A stretch of DNA of 64,000 nucleotides, taken from positions 3,906,001 through 3,970,000 of the forward strand of contig OZ316775.1 in assembly GCA_973851085.1 (NCBI GenBank). The letters run 5' to 3'. The notes beneath the pieces are model-generated. The model was not told the DNA's origin. It saw only the letters and a list, made by a program, of their open reading frames with translations, and ran no database searches. Positions within the stretch are counted from its first letter, which is position 1. Each line of letters begins with the position of its first letter. This document shows positions 39,604 to 52,600 of this stretch, piece by piece. A program made the translations under genes and the position numbers. This stretch comes from Ptychomitrium polyphyllum (Eukaryota).

Positions 39604-42600
39604 ATGGTTAGATTTGTGGATTGGGTGGTGACAAGCAGAGATGACTGCTAACTTAATCCCTCCACTATTCACCGGCAGAGACGAGCAAGGGCGTCAATAA
39701 ACTGGAGGCATTGATTTATGGCTTTCCACTAAGTTTATCTGCGGCAGAGATTATCTGTGAAAAAAAAAAAAATTCACCAAACTAAAAATAAAATGTGCCT
39801 AACACATTTCCTCTGGATCTGGGTTGCTTTAGCTTCAACTGAGAGCAATGTAGTGAAGGAAGTGAACCGTTGGAAGAAATAAAACTTTAAAAATGGCCCT
39901 CAGACATTTGCTGAGACTTTTCAAACAACTAAATTGGGTTCAAGCTATAAGTGATCTTGCTTTGCCTGATTTTATTATTGAGATAAGCAAACGAGGAACT
40001 AGTTCTCGCCAGTTTTAGGATTAAATTAACATAATATACTTAGCAATTGAAGTAACCCACCTTCACTTTGAAAAGTGCAAAAATCAACAACAAATGGTAA
40101 TGAAGGTATGTGACACTAAATGCATGAAAATATGAGTTTAATTTAGTGATCTTGCATACATATTTCATCAATTTTCAATGGAACATGATTTTGACAATAA
40201 AAAGGTACTTTTGAATGATGGAATGATTCCCCATAGAGAAGGTATTAAGAGGGATCACTTAATAATGTTATACAACAAATGAGATAGTGAGAGGAATTTA
40301 AGGTAACTTGATGTGAATTTCCAAAGAGGAGCATCACCCTCACTCATAGAAGGAAAACTATGGCAGACAGGCTGATCACTGATCAACATCATGCTCTATA
40401 CCATGCTGATCTCTGCCAAGGAAGAGATGAAACTTGGTGTCCCGTTCACAACCCTAAGGAACATTCATGCAGTTGCATGAGAGTTCAATGTCATATTGGA
40501 TTTGCTAATTCTGCGTGGAATCTCCAATATATCATGATGACCTTGTAATGAACTTCATGGACTATTATGTGCTACGAGGCACCATTGGCCTTTCTCTAGG
40601 TTAGTCATTACCATTTGGATATCTTATTCCAGCAGTGCAATGAAAGGTTTTTATGGAGTTTTCAGTTGGTGGCTGTGAGTTTATATCTCTGTTCTCTTCC
40701 AAGCTTTGGCTTTGGAGCACTTCCAGACTCAGAGCACCTCATCAACATTCTTAAAATAACTCACAGTTGGTCCTTTGAGCATCATAAAAGAGTCTTTTGC
40801 CTGTTGATGTCATTGGCTGGTCAGTTGCTACCCTCCATAAATCTTTAAGGATGCTTGTACAGCACAACTTGTTATTCAAAGTACAATTGCAAAGTTGCCA
40901 AACTGTAATTTAAGCGCCTTTTTGCATGAAGCCCAAAAGTTAGCCCTTGCTTTCCAAAAAGCTTTGGTATATAGAAGCTGTTATCTATTTATTTTAATTA
41001 TTTTGTATTGTAATTAAGAACTACAGTTCACAATTTATTTAAAACATTTATTATAAAATAACATTGAGATACATTTAATGGAGTTCATTTTTGATAAAAA
41101 TAAACTTCAAAGTTTTAAATAAAGGTGGTTGGTATGTTTTTATATTATATATAAGAGTTTCTTAAATGAACGCCTATTTTCTCATCAAAGTGTCACATGT
41201 GATTTCGATTTCTTAACATTCATTTTGTTTATGTTCTCAATCAAAGCAGGTATTTTATAACAAAAATACTTCATCTACTTACTAAGATAAGCTTTGACGT
41301 TAAAACCTTTATTTAGGCATGAGACTTAATATATAATTGGAGCAAATAATTTGAAGAAGAAATAGTTTGAAGAAGGAATATTTCACTTATTTGATTGAGT
41401 TGTATTATTACATGCAAGAATGTTTTCATGCATTTTATTAGAGCACATATATCAATAGAAGAATCTTTGACCATTCACATAATTTCGGATATTATAAACT
41501 ATTAAAATTTCAAATAACTCTAACATATCAAGTTTGTAATAAGTTTGAATTTCTATTTTCCAATTATGCATAATACTTTGCAAGTGTTAAAAAAAAACAG
41601 GCTTGAGTATATCCATGGTAGAATTAATAAATTGCCATGTAACATGGCACACATCACATAATACAATATACATACATTGGACAATATGACTTGTGGTATT
41701 ATGTACATATATTATGTCATATGTGTATTATATCATATGGCATACAAACATTGTCCATGTTGTGGACCATTTTGTGGCAAACAAGCCAATAAAAAAGACT
41801 ACACTAATTTTAATTCAATCATAGAGAAAAATATTTTAAAAAGCTAATGCAAACAAAGTATAAATATCACATGAATTTTTAGGTTTTTATAAAATAAATC
41901 CTATAGTCCTGTCATATTTGTCCATATATTTTATCCATCTATCTATCCGTACATATTACTTGATATATCCTTTCACTTTCTCTTTTGTCTATCCATCCGT
42001 CTTAACAACTATTGTAAAAAACCTACATTAAATGCTATCCTATTGAAGATATGATGGCCACCTTATTATTTTTTACTTCAAAACCTTCAATAAAATTTGT
42101 ACAACTTTTTACTTTGATTTTTCATCAAAAATAGTTTTTTCTAAAAAATCTTAAATTGACTAAATTTAGATGATGTTATAATAATTATGTATTAACATTA
42201 TTTTATTCCATGTTTCAAAATTCAATTTACCCTAAACAGACACAACTACATCACCTTGCACTAATAATAGAAGGTGTATTTACTTAAACCATTAATACAT
42301 ATATATATGATTTAAGGCTTATTTTACAAGAACTACTGAATCATAAGTATACATCATATATTCTTTAAAATAAATCCATGCAAGCTAAGGTAACCATATA
42401 TAGCTCTATAATTATTCCTTTGATTAAATATATTATTCTTAAAATAACCATCAAGAATAACAACAAGGTTTCAAAACCAAATCAATGTTAATTAGACTTG
42501 TTGTACAACATTTTGTGAAAGACATTTGGCCATTCAACACCTATTGCCAACTTCAAACCAAATCAGTAATAGAAAGGGCAAGTTGGATCCATTTGAACCC

Positions 42601-44052
42601 CATCTTGAATTGTTTTTAATGTTGCTTAACTTCAATATTTCATAAATTAAGTGTCAATGTCACAATTCTACCATTTACACCATAATACAATACATTACAA
42701 AAAATTACACATTTTCCATGCATTAATAAAAATCTTGTATGCTTTTTTGAAGGAAAGTATAGGAATTGATCATTTCTTTCATCATTAACAAATCCAATCG
42801 TCTTTATAAAGATTGGCCAATGGCAATTGAAAACATGTGATATGCCGGTCTTGTGAAACAAATTACATTCATTGTAATTTCAATTGATTTTAGGTTTTTG
42901 CACTTAATACAATAGAAACCTTATAGCCATAGGCCGTTTGTTTATTTGTACTTGTAAATTTACTATTTTATTTTTATTTTTATAAATTTACAATCATACA
43001 TTAACGTGCCTTATATGCTATCAGATCTTTAATGTGATAACCACCATACTTATTTAATCTCTTCCTTTGTAATGAACTAACATGTTTACAAATAAGTTAT
43101 AAAAAATAGTTCTTAAATCTACTACTTCTGTAGAAAAAGTGGAATCAGCCTCAATACATTTACACTCAGAAATAAAGGCTATTTGTAAAGTTTGTATTCT
43201 AATGAGCTAATCATATATATTTCAATGTTGTATTTTAAGGTCTTACATGGCGGCAGTTCTAAAATAAAAAGGGTTCTCCAAAAATGAAAGCCTGATTGCC
43301 TCCCTTGTGAGGACACTTCTCTCCTTCACCTTAATGCTAAATCTGCTCCAAGTTGGCTTTAAAAAAAAGGAGTTTCCATTTCATATGTAAAGTGCCTTTT
43401 CAGTTAGGAACTTTACTTCTGCTTCCCTTCAAGTTTCCAGATGTTTTCAAATTAAACCCCGTTTGCATTGCAAAAAGAGGATCCAGCCAGACTCACTTAG
43501 CTGAAAGAAAACAAGAGAGTTATGCAGTCACAAATTACATTATAGATTATACTTAAAATCATGGACTTGGGATTCTGACAATTCTAGTTAAAATGTAACA
43601 CGGTATACCGCTAACTATTGAGTGTGTACATCATCTTCTGTATGTCACCATTCAGTGTCATGCTGCTGTTCAGCTGGAATTCTCCTTTTTGTCAATGATT
43701 ATTTTCCTACATTAATTTTGGCCTTTTCTTTCAGCACCCATGGACCTTTCCCATGTGGCTGTAAACTTCGACAATTCTGCTCCCAACACCAATAGCAACA
43801 TACTTATCTAAGTTACCCATTTAAAAAAGCGATCCAATTAAAAGCAAGGACATACCAAGAAGGAATTTCGAGAAGGAGTCAAAAATTTCCCCAAAAACGC
43901 AGGTCTGGGAGTGTACAAAATGCCACTAACCAATATAAGGATCGTCCTAGGTCTAATTGATTGGGCTGTGACGTGCACTACTTTTAGCAGACAACAAATT
44001 GTTGGTATTGATTCTCAACACCAAATTGGAGTACTACTATACCAATTTGCAA

Positions 44053-47000
44053 TCACTGAAAATCATCGTCTGAACTAAGCTCTATAAGGTTGTTGACCTT
44101 GGTTTCCTTGCAACCACGAGTTCGTGAAACTCTACGTGGTAACTCAACTAGAGGAGCACGGCTTCTCTTGCGGGAATTTGACTTGAGGTTTTTGTCTTCG
44201 GATTTTCTTGTCTGAGATTTCTTGGCCTTGTCTGACATTGAAGTTGACTCTCTCCTACACGCACCGCTCACATCTGTGCCGCACTGCATGAGTACTTCAG
44301 TGAGATCATTACCATTTGAAACAATGTTTTCGATTTGTTCACTGCTGCCATTTTCCACAGCAGTCTTCACACCACTCATGCTACACTCACCGTTTCCGTT
44401 AGACGTTACCTCTTCACTCCCAGAAGGACAGCCTTTTTTAGCCCTGCCTTGTCCGCGAGACTGTACTTGGCTATGTTGCTTCTTAAGCTTTAAAAGTACA
44501 TCTTGCAACGCTGTGATATCACCGTCATTATCGGCCTGCACAGCATTTTTACCATCGTAAGATTCTGGTCACAAAGGTAAACAACTTAGTTCTCAACCAG
44601 TTTCAAAGTACTAGGCAATGAACACTACATGCACACGAATTTAGAAATCTACACTGCTCATCTATACGACAGACTGAGCCTTGAATGTAAGCTGGCCCAT
44701 CTATATCTACAACCTTGTTACAGTGATATCTTCCTCTTACTAAGTGATCTTCCGCTCAAAAGATACGTCTCTAAATAATCATCTACAAGTACTGAATTTC
44801 TCAATACACACAATACTGTACAGCACACAAGGGGACTGAAAAATTCCAGCATGAGTCGTGAGGCACGTGACTCTCCAGAGGCTAAAACAGCTCTTGCTAT
44901 AAAGAAGATATTGTAAAACAGAGGGTAGTGAATACCAGCATACTGCAAAGCAGATCTTCTGAAAGATCAGGAAAGTCCTTGCAGATTGCCAAGAAGGCAG
45001 GATCTTCAGCAGCATTTGATGCGGCAGTGCTTTGAGGTGTGTCAACCTTAGGAGTATTTATAGTAACTGAAGGTATTACAGATGGGGCATCCTCGGGAGG
45101 AGGGTGACCGTTTGACACAGCATCAGCAACTGCCAAGACGGTTGTTTTCGTTCCTGCTTGCAGCTCTACTTGCAGTTCTGCTTCTGCACTATCATCGTCT
45201 TCTGCAGAAGATCACAAGAATTAAACCAAGCACACATTACTATTCAGATCTGTCTCGTTTCTTCTTACTCAGAGCGTCGCTCGATGTCCAACACAATAAT
45301 TATAGCTAAGCATACCTGGTTTGGACTCTTCCAATGCCTCATCATCCTGAGTCAAATCACTTGCTTGCTCATCCTTGGCATCATTCTGGAGTCTCTGTAC
45401 AATTTCTTCCATCTCTTTGTTTATCTGTTTTAAAACAGAATTTTGTCAACATCAAAACTCAGCTTGGTAAGGCGCATCAAGAAATTTAACAAAATATGTG
45501 AATTAAATGCTGCAAGTAGAACCGAGCATCCCGAAAACATCAACGCATGTAGTGAGGAAGATAGGTGTACCTGAGGAGACACGAGGAAGTCGGATATATC
45601 AAATTTGCAGTTTGTAACGAGACAACGCTTGACTACTTTCTGAGTTCGAAGACTGCGACCAGAAACGCCCTTTCGCTCTCGTGAAGAATCCTGACCAGCA
45701 AACGCAGATTCCAAACAGCCCTTACAGAAATTGTGACCACAAGGCATGGAGAGTGGCTGGTTGAGTACTTTCCGACAGGCACTGCAGCCGAATTCTGCAG
45801 GTACCGGACAATCAACTCCATGATGCATTCAAAAAACCACCCGTATTGCTCACAAAAAAATCTAAGGGAAACGAGGAGTCAATTCATGATTTCGTGACAC
45901 TGCAGCCTATGCCGTCTTATGGTAAGTCCCATTTATAGGTTGTCTATAGCACAAACTGCATATGAATGAGATACAATACAAAAAAATTAGCAAACAAGGT
46001 AGGCATTCTAGCAGCCTCTCCCGATAAAGGGAAGAAACGAAAAAAAATACACTGATTAAATGTGTTACCTTTGAGTAGCCGTTGCTGGTCACTGAGTTGT
46101 TTCCGTCTCTGTGTCGCCTCACTCGGGCCTCCTCCTGAGTTCTTTCTGCTAACAGGGGGTGGCCGGGTCCATCCCCATCCTGCCCCCTCCTTCAAGGACA
46201 TAAAACTCCTGAATGAGTCGCAAGACAAACAACAGTTTACAGACATAATAAAACTGTAGCAATCAACTTCTCTTTACAGCATCAACGCACAGAAGATTAA
46301 GTGTCTGTTTTGAGGATTAGACGTAAAAAGCACTCAATTCTACATTTGAAAACAAATTCATTGCTAAGTTAGTAGCATACCTCGTAGGCCCAAGCAGGTG
46401 GCAACTTCCTTTCGAAAACATCAGTTGCCGACTTCAACTCATCTACGACAGGAACAGGCCTTGGTCGATCTCCATGCTCATCACTAGAACACAAAGCTGT
46501 GGATGTAAGTACAAAATGTTTCATCTTTGTGACCAAGTTTGCCTTTAAGATTTGTACGGTAATAAGCATAAATATTGCAGCTACGCTGAGCGTAATCAAA
46601 TTCCTTAGATGTGTCATAACATGCTAAGAAACCAGTCAAAACCCAATACGTTCAGATGATTTAAAATTTGATAGATTTCTAAGCTTAGAAGGCCTGCTTC
46701 TTGAAAAGGATGTGGTTGATAACTCGAAATTTATCCCAATGCAGCTGACATGTCAGTAACGCTTTACCACAAGCAGGATTTTAACGATACATAGCGAAAA
46801 TCGCAAGGGCATCAGAAAACTGCAAACTAAGAAAGCGCAAAGTAGGTGCAAGTACCTTGTCCAAGGAGCCGGCTCGTTGTCACAGCGGACAAACAGATAA
46901 CGACAGACCTTATGGCCCTGCATACACATTGATGAAGAAGAAAAGAAACCCGAATGAGCATAAGACACAGCTGATGGTTGTCCCGCAGTGCATCAGTCAA

Positions 47001-48746
47001 CATTGAGATAGACTGCATACATGCTTCAACTGGGTGCCAAACTTGCCTGCATCCCGTTCTTGCGCCAACACTTTTCGATCCTATATACACCATCGTACCG
47101 TACACCTTCCTCTGGAGCGTAATTTGAACGCTTCTCTTTATGTGACCTAGTAGTAAGAAAGAACAAAGTTAACCAGAAGTCCAGAAGACCTTAGATATCT
47201 TCGTCTGTTACATGACGTTTAGTAAAATATCGCAAGGCAAACAACATGATTCAAACCCGCTGTACAATTCGAAAGCTTAAAAACCTGGTTCTGTATAAAA
47301 AGTAGAGGAGTTCGAAAAGAATGTGAATAGATGGACATAACCATCTTTTCGAAGTGCAAGGCATTGCAAGATGAACATAAAAACATAATACAGACCTCAC
47401 AACGCGGACAGGATAACCCTGTTTGCAGCTGACACGCAATGCCTCATTCATCTTGTCGAACTTCTGATCAAACGATTGCTCCTTATTAGTGCGCTTGTTG
47501 CCACTCAGATCCCTCCCACCGCTGCACGCATATCACCGCAATCAACGAAAATTCACATGAATGATAATTCAAAATACAATGTGCCATAAAATAACCCCCA
47601 TAACGTTCCTAAATAATTGCGTATGCAAACCCCACCTGCCTGTGTACAAAAACCATTCGCCATGATCTTCGTCGTCTTCGTAGCCCCCAGAAAGTGCTAC
47701 AGACTGCGACCCGTGGTCTGACTGGCCTGCAATGCCTGCGACATGAGGTAGATGTGCACCCCACTGCCTGCATTCCATGCGATCCTCCCAAAACTCTCCC
47801 ACCAAAACTCCTTGACCTCGAGGATCATATTCCGCTGTGATAGGGCCAAAATGATCAGGTGGTGAGGTGACAAATATTTTACCACTGCAGGCATTAGCTT
47901 TTCCCGTTTTCACTGCCCGGCTGGTGGTAAAACATTTATCTGGTCTGCTATCATTATCACGGTAAGTGTACGCTTTAGGCGGACCATTGCAACGATTACT
48001 AGCTGATCTGGCCATACGAATAGCCATAACTAGTGCAGAATTGATACGAGGATTACTTGCCATTTTCGCAGGTATCGTGACTCGACATTTGACACATGAT
48101 TTCTTCCCTTGCGCAACCCATCGCTGGAAGCACTTCAGGCAAAAGTTGTGTCCACATGGTGTCTGCATCACAGTTAACAACGTACGTCTCAGGAACGTGC
48201 TCTATAATACACATCTAACCAGCTACTGATAATATCGTAGTTAATCCACCAACTAAGGACAGTCGAACTTACTGTCACAGGTCTTTCAGCAAGCTGCATG
48301 CAAAAAAGGCAATTAAGACTTTCGTCCAGCAATTCTAAGGTTGCATTACGCCTCTTTCCATCTGCACTCTTAGAGTCACCCTTGGCGGTCGTCGTCTTCC
48401 CATCGGCATTGTCGTGCAAGCCTTTGCTCATAAGCTCCTGGCGCCTGTTTGCTTTCTCAACTTCGGTCAAGGACTTGTCCGCTTGAATGGCACGAATCAT
48501 GCTCATCAAATTGTCCTCTACAGGTGGAACTGCGGTTTTGACGACAACAGAGGGCACAGAGGAAGTAGGTGCAGGCACACAGTCCGGACATTCCCAGTCG
48601 CCAAGAGGAACAGACTCCAGAGGCGGATTTAGACATTGCATGTGCCAGGGACTCACACAACTTCCGCAAAGAAGCACATCAGTATCAGGTGGCACAATTT
48701 TGCACACCATACACTTTCCATCTGCGTCACACGGCAAGTCCGCCAT
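44053..48746 (-). CDS. ORTH/VIM: ORTHRUS/VIM (UHRF1-like) E3 ubiquitin ligase: PHD-RING-SRA-RING plus C-terminal extension (about 864 aa)
   Basis: Exons 48746-48273, 48162-47636, 47521-47396, 47146-47047, 46917-46856, 46483-46381, 46189-46069, 45794-45571, 45424-45316, 45201-44936, 44535-44053 join in frame (2595 nt). PHD ([12 protein letters not shown]...PWHMQCL...WECPDC), RING1 ([24 protein letters not shown]), SRA ([44 protein letters not shown]), RING2 ([24 protein letters not shown]). Confidence 0.95.
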
Positions 48747-49379
48747 GGTCGCCAACTCGGCTATCACAACGCTCTCCACCAATTACTCCGCAACTGCGTC
48801 AAGCTACTCCCACGGCAATCATCTTCATTTCTTTAAAAACCACGCTAATTCCACTCCTGCAAACCAATGCACACCTGGATCACACTTCAAACGTCCTCCA
48901 CGCTCCAAACCACCTCTCCTCTCACTCCTCACCACACGCTCTCCAACCAACAAACAACCACAAATCCGCCACGAAAACTCCAAAACCTCGCCTCCACCGA
49001 ACCTCTCCACCTTCAATCCTTCCTTCCAAGCAACTCACATTCCCGAACGATTTCCTTCCACCATGTCTAACCGGACACGCAACACCCTACCACCTCTCTC
49101 ACAACCAGAAATCTCAACGATCTCCTATACTAACAAGAACCGCACACCAAACCAATAAGAATACAAAAGATCCACGCACAGATTTCGCTCCCCGGCTCCA
49201 CACTAGCACTCCTCCGCCTCCTTCGTACCCCTCCGCCAACACTAAACAACAATCATCTCCACTAAACAATCCTCCAACAAACTTCACCTCTCAACCGGAA
49301 ACCTCGACATCCTCTCTACGAAAGATATCGAAACACTATAGACACTGAACACGAAAAGAAAAAAGTCGTCAACAAATAT

Positions 49380-49640
49380 TCCCCCCCGCCCCGCAATAGC
49401 ACTCCATTTCCACTCCGCGTTTCTACCCCTCCGCTGGCAGCGCAAACGGCACCTCGCCATCGCCAAGCCTCGGCAGCCGCGGACCCCCCGTCGGGCACCG
49501 CTAGGGCGGGCTGGGCGTCCGCGGCCGGCCCCGTCCGCTGACGGGTCCGACGTGGCATGCGGAGATTCGCCACCCTCACTCTTGGTTTTTTGAAGGCCGG
49601 GTGGGCGGGAAGTTGAGCTCAGCAGAACCCAGCCTGGGTG
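49380..49640 (-). promoter_or_regulatory. GC-rich promoter island of ORTHRUS/VIM
   Basis: CG-dense patch upstream of the leader. TTCCCGCC (minus strand; plus GGCGGGAA about 49604-49611) resembles an E2F site, consistent with an S-phase gene. Confidence 0.5.
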
Positions 49641-52600
49641 GAGAAGGGGTTCGACAGCAGTTTCGAAGTGTACCGTTAGTGTTGTGAGTTAGGTAATTAA
49701 TTAGTATGGGTGGCTATTTGGAGTGAGGGACGGGGGTAATTTAATGGTTTGTTGTACAGGTGGTAGTAATGTTAGTGAGTGGGGATTGATGGTATCTTTA
49801 TGGTGGGTCCTGGAATGTGGTTTCATGATTTTGTGTTGCTGTTTCCTTAATTTGTGCTTTGCTTTGGAGTAACAGCTTAGGAAGTCCTCGACTGCAGATA
49901 ACTTAGTCTTATCTAGTTTAATTTTTTAATTGTCATTGGTGCATGAGAATGTGACAAGGGGTAATAATTTTATTATGCAGTGCAAGTGGTCAGGGTTTGT
50001 TATGTATTCTAAGTGCATGACACTGATATGGCAATGTTGGCCTTGTTGTTAGAAAGCAACCTTGCAGAGTGAGAAGTGAAGTTGTCGTACAGATGGATGA
50101 GACTGTAACAAAGACAGCCCTATGGGAGGGTGGTACATACAAGGGCAGCCTCACTCAGACTCTTGATGCTTGACATTTGCAAGTTTTCAATTATGCAAAG
50201 GTGTGACAGGTTGAAATGCAAAAGTAATGACAGTGGCTGAGGGGAATTTACTTTCCACTGTGTTTTGTTGAATATGACACTCTGCTTGCTCAAGCATGTA
50301 GCAACTCCTCTCTGAAGCCATCCTATAAACTGAATCATCCTTCGTATAATGTCCAAGCCACAAGCCATAATGGAGAGGTGTGTTATATTTATTTGGTTGC
50401 TTTACTGTCCGTTTTAGGTCAAAATTGTCCAGAGTTCCTAAAACTTTGACAAGGAGGGGAATGAATTGGAGTAATTTTTATTAGAGAACAGTTGGGAGTT
50501 GCAGCAACCCTTGCACAGCACAAGCTTTAGCCAACTTGACAGAGACCAGGGCACAGTACTGTTGTTGCAATTCTTTGCTTTGAATGCCATTTCTTACAGC
50601 CACCAAGATTGCAACCTGTTTCACACATATCATTTTATATTGCACAAGCAGTAAGGCTGACTTGTGATTAGACATAACAACTATTTGTACACCAAGCCAT
50701 ATATTACATTGTGTGGGATCCCTCCCATCATGTTAAGTCAATAATACTCAATTTTTAATGACTTTGTTAAATTTTGTAAAAACTTCATAAGAGTAAGGCT
50801 ATGAGGCCATATGTCCCTGGGCCAAGCAATGGACTGGAGTGAGCTTACAATGCACTTCTGAGCCAAATTCATGCAATCTCTATTTGTTCCTAGCAAGTTG
50901 GGGTTATTGAACCTTGTTCTTGTGCATGTGTTCCAATCATCAGCCAGAGAGCTTTGCATATGCATACCCTTTTATGATTCAGACTTGCCCAAAGCATGTT
51001 CCAGGTCCCTACAATTGTGGTATCCTTACTAGATTCTCAGATCTCATGAAAGTCCAAAGGGACAAGCAATTTACATATTAATTTAAGTTAAGGCATGCAT
51101 GATGGAGCTGGATGATAATTAACCCTCCAGTGTGCATTTGGACTGAATTGCTCACTGTTAAATCTCATTGGATCAGAAATGAATCACTAGAAATTTCTAG
51201 AGCCTTGTTGTATGCCAAAACAGTAAAAAGTGGTTTTTAATGCATAATTATAAGAATTAACTACTTAAAATTGTCATCCAAAATCTCACATACAACCTAT
51301 TCTTCTCTAACTGTTATTTCTACATGATAAGAAGATTGTAACACTTGTAACATAAAAAGAATTGAATAGTGAAGGTAATTTAAATAATAGTCTTTACAGA
51401 TTTAAGAGTTTTTTGGTTAAATAATACTATCAATAACACTTATAAAATGTTGTAGATATGAAGCTTTTTTATTTCATGGATTTTGATTCAAAAAATACTA
51501 ATAAAAGTAAAATTTAACAAGACAAAGTATAATTTTGTAATACATAATCTTTTATAAGTGTGTTTCTTGAAAATGTGTGAAAATATAACACTTATGGAAA
51601 ATTTAATACATTAATAAAGGTATCGGTTAAAAAAAAATCTTTTCGTGTGTTGTATTTGATTTAGTCCGCATTTTACTTATTAGGCATCAATTCTCTTAAG
51701 CAATATGTGATCAAAACTCATATCATATTCCAAATTAATTTTAGCATGCTTCTATATATTGATACTTATTGTGATCATTACTTCTTGATCTTTAAGATTA
51801 TGTAATTTTACAAAAAAAAATTCAAAATTGTCATTTCTAGTACACTAAGCTAAAATAGAAGATAAATAAATTTTCAACCTTCAACTTCAAAATCTTCTAT
51901 TAGGCTATTTGAAGAATGTTTTGTTTTTTTTTTACATCAAAGTTGATCACATAGATTAGAAGATTGTAAATTTAAAATAGCAAAAACATATTTTTAAACT
52001 TTTTAAGATAAATTCTAAAGAATTTGATTTTTAGAAATGAAATTTATAAACTATTCAAATTAAAGCTTTTTTTTCATCACAAAAAAATCATATTAGATAT
52101 TTATGTATCAAAATTTAGATGGAATAGTGGATGAAGCATTTTCAAAAAAAATCTATAATAGAAGGATATTTAAAACAATGCCAATTCACATGTCATTTTA
52201 TTATGAACTATATTATTTATAAAATCTTGATTTAAATGGTTATTACAAAAAACATTACATCATCTTGAAGTGAGAAGTATAATATAATAAGATTAAAACA
52301 TTTAATATCTATGTTCTAAAATGTGGTAGAAGGTGCTAAATGTTTTGCACCTTGTCCATGATAAAAGAAACCATATATATATATATGGTATAGTTTCAAA
52401 TAAATTTTCTTTTGGATTCCAAAATAAAATCAATTGTTGACAAAAAAATCTTGTATTTAATACAAAATGAAGATTGAATAAAGAACTTGGGAAAAAAAAA
52501 TTCAATTTTTAACTTCAAAATTGATTCATATTATTTTTATAAAAATTTATTAGAAGATTGTACAATTGAAATATTCATATTTTATTATTGCTTGTTCTTA

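Noticed and set aside
48487..49348. 223-aa and 259-aa + strand ORFs
   Set aside because: Antisense to ORTHRUS exon 1 and its leader; composition reflects the C/A-rich strand bias.
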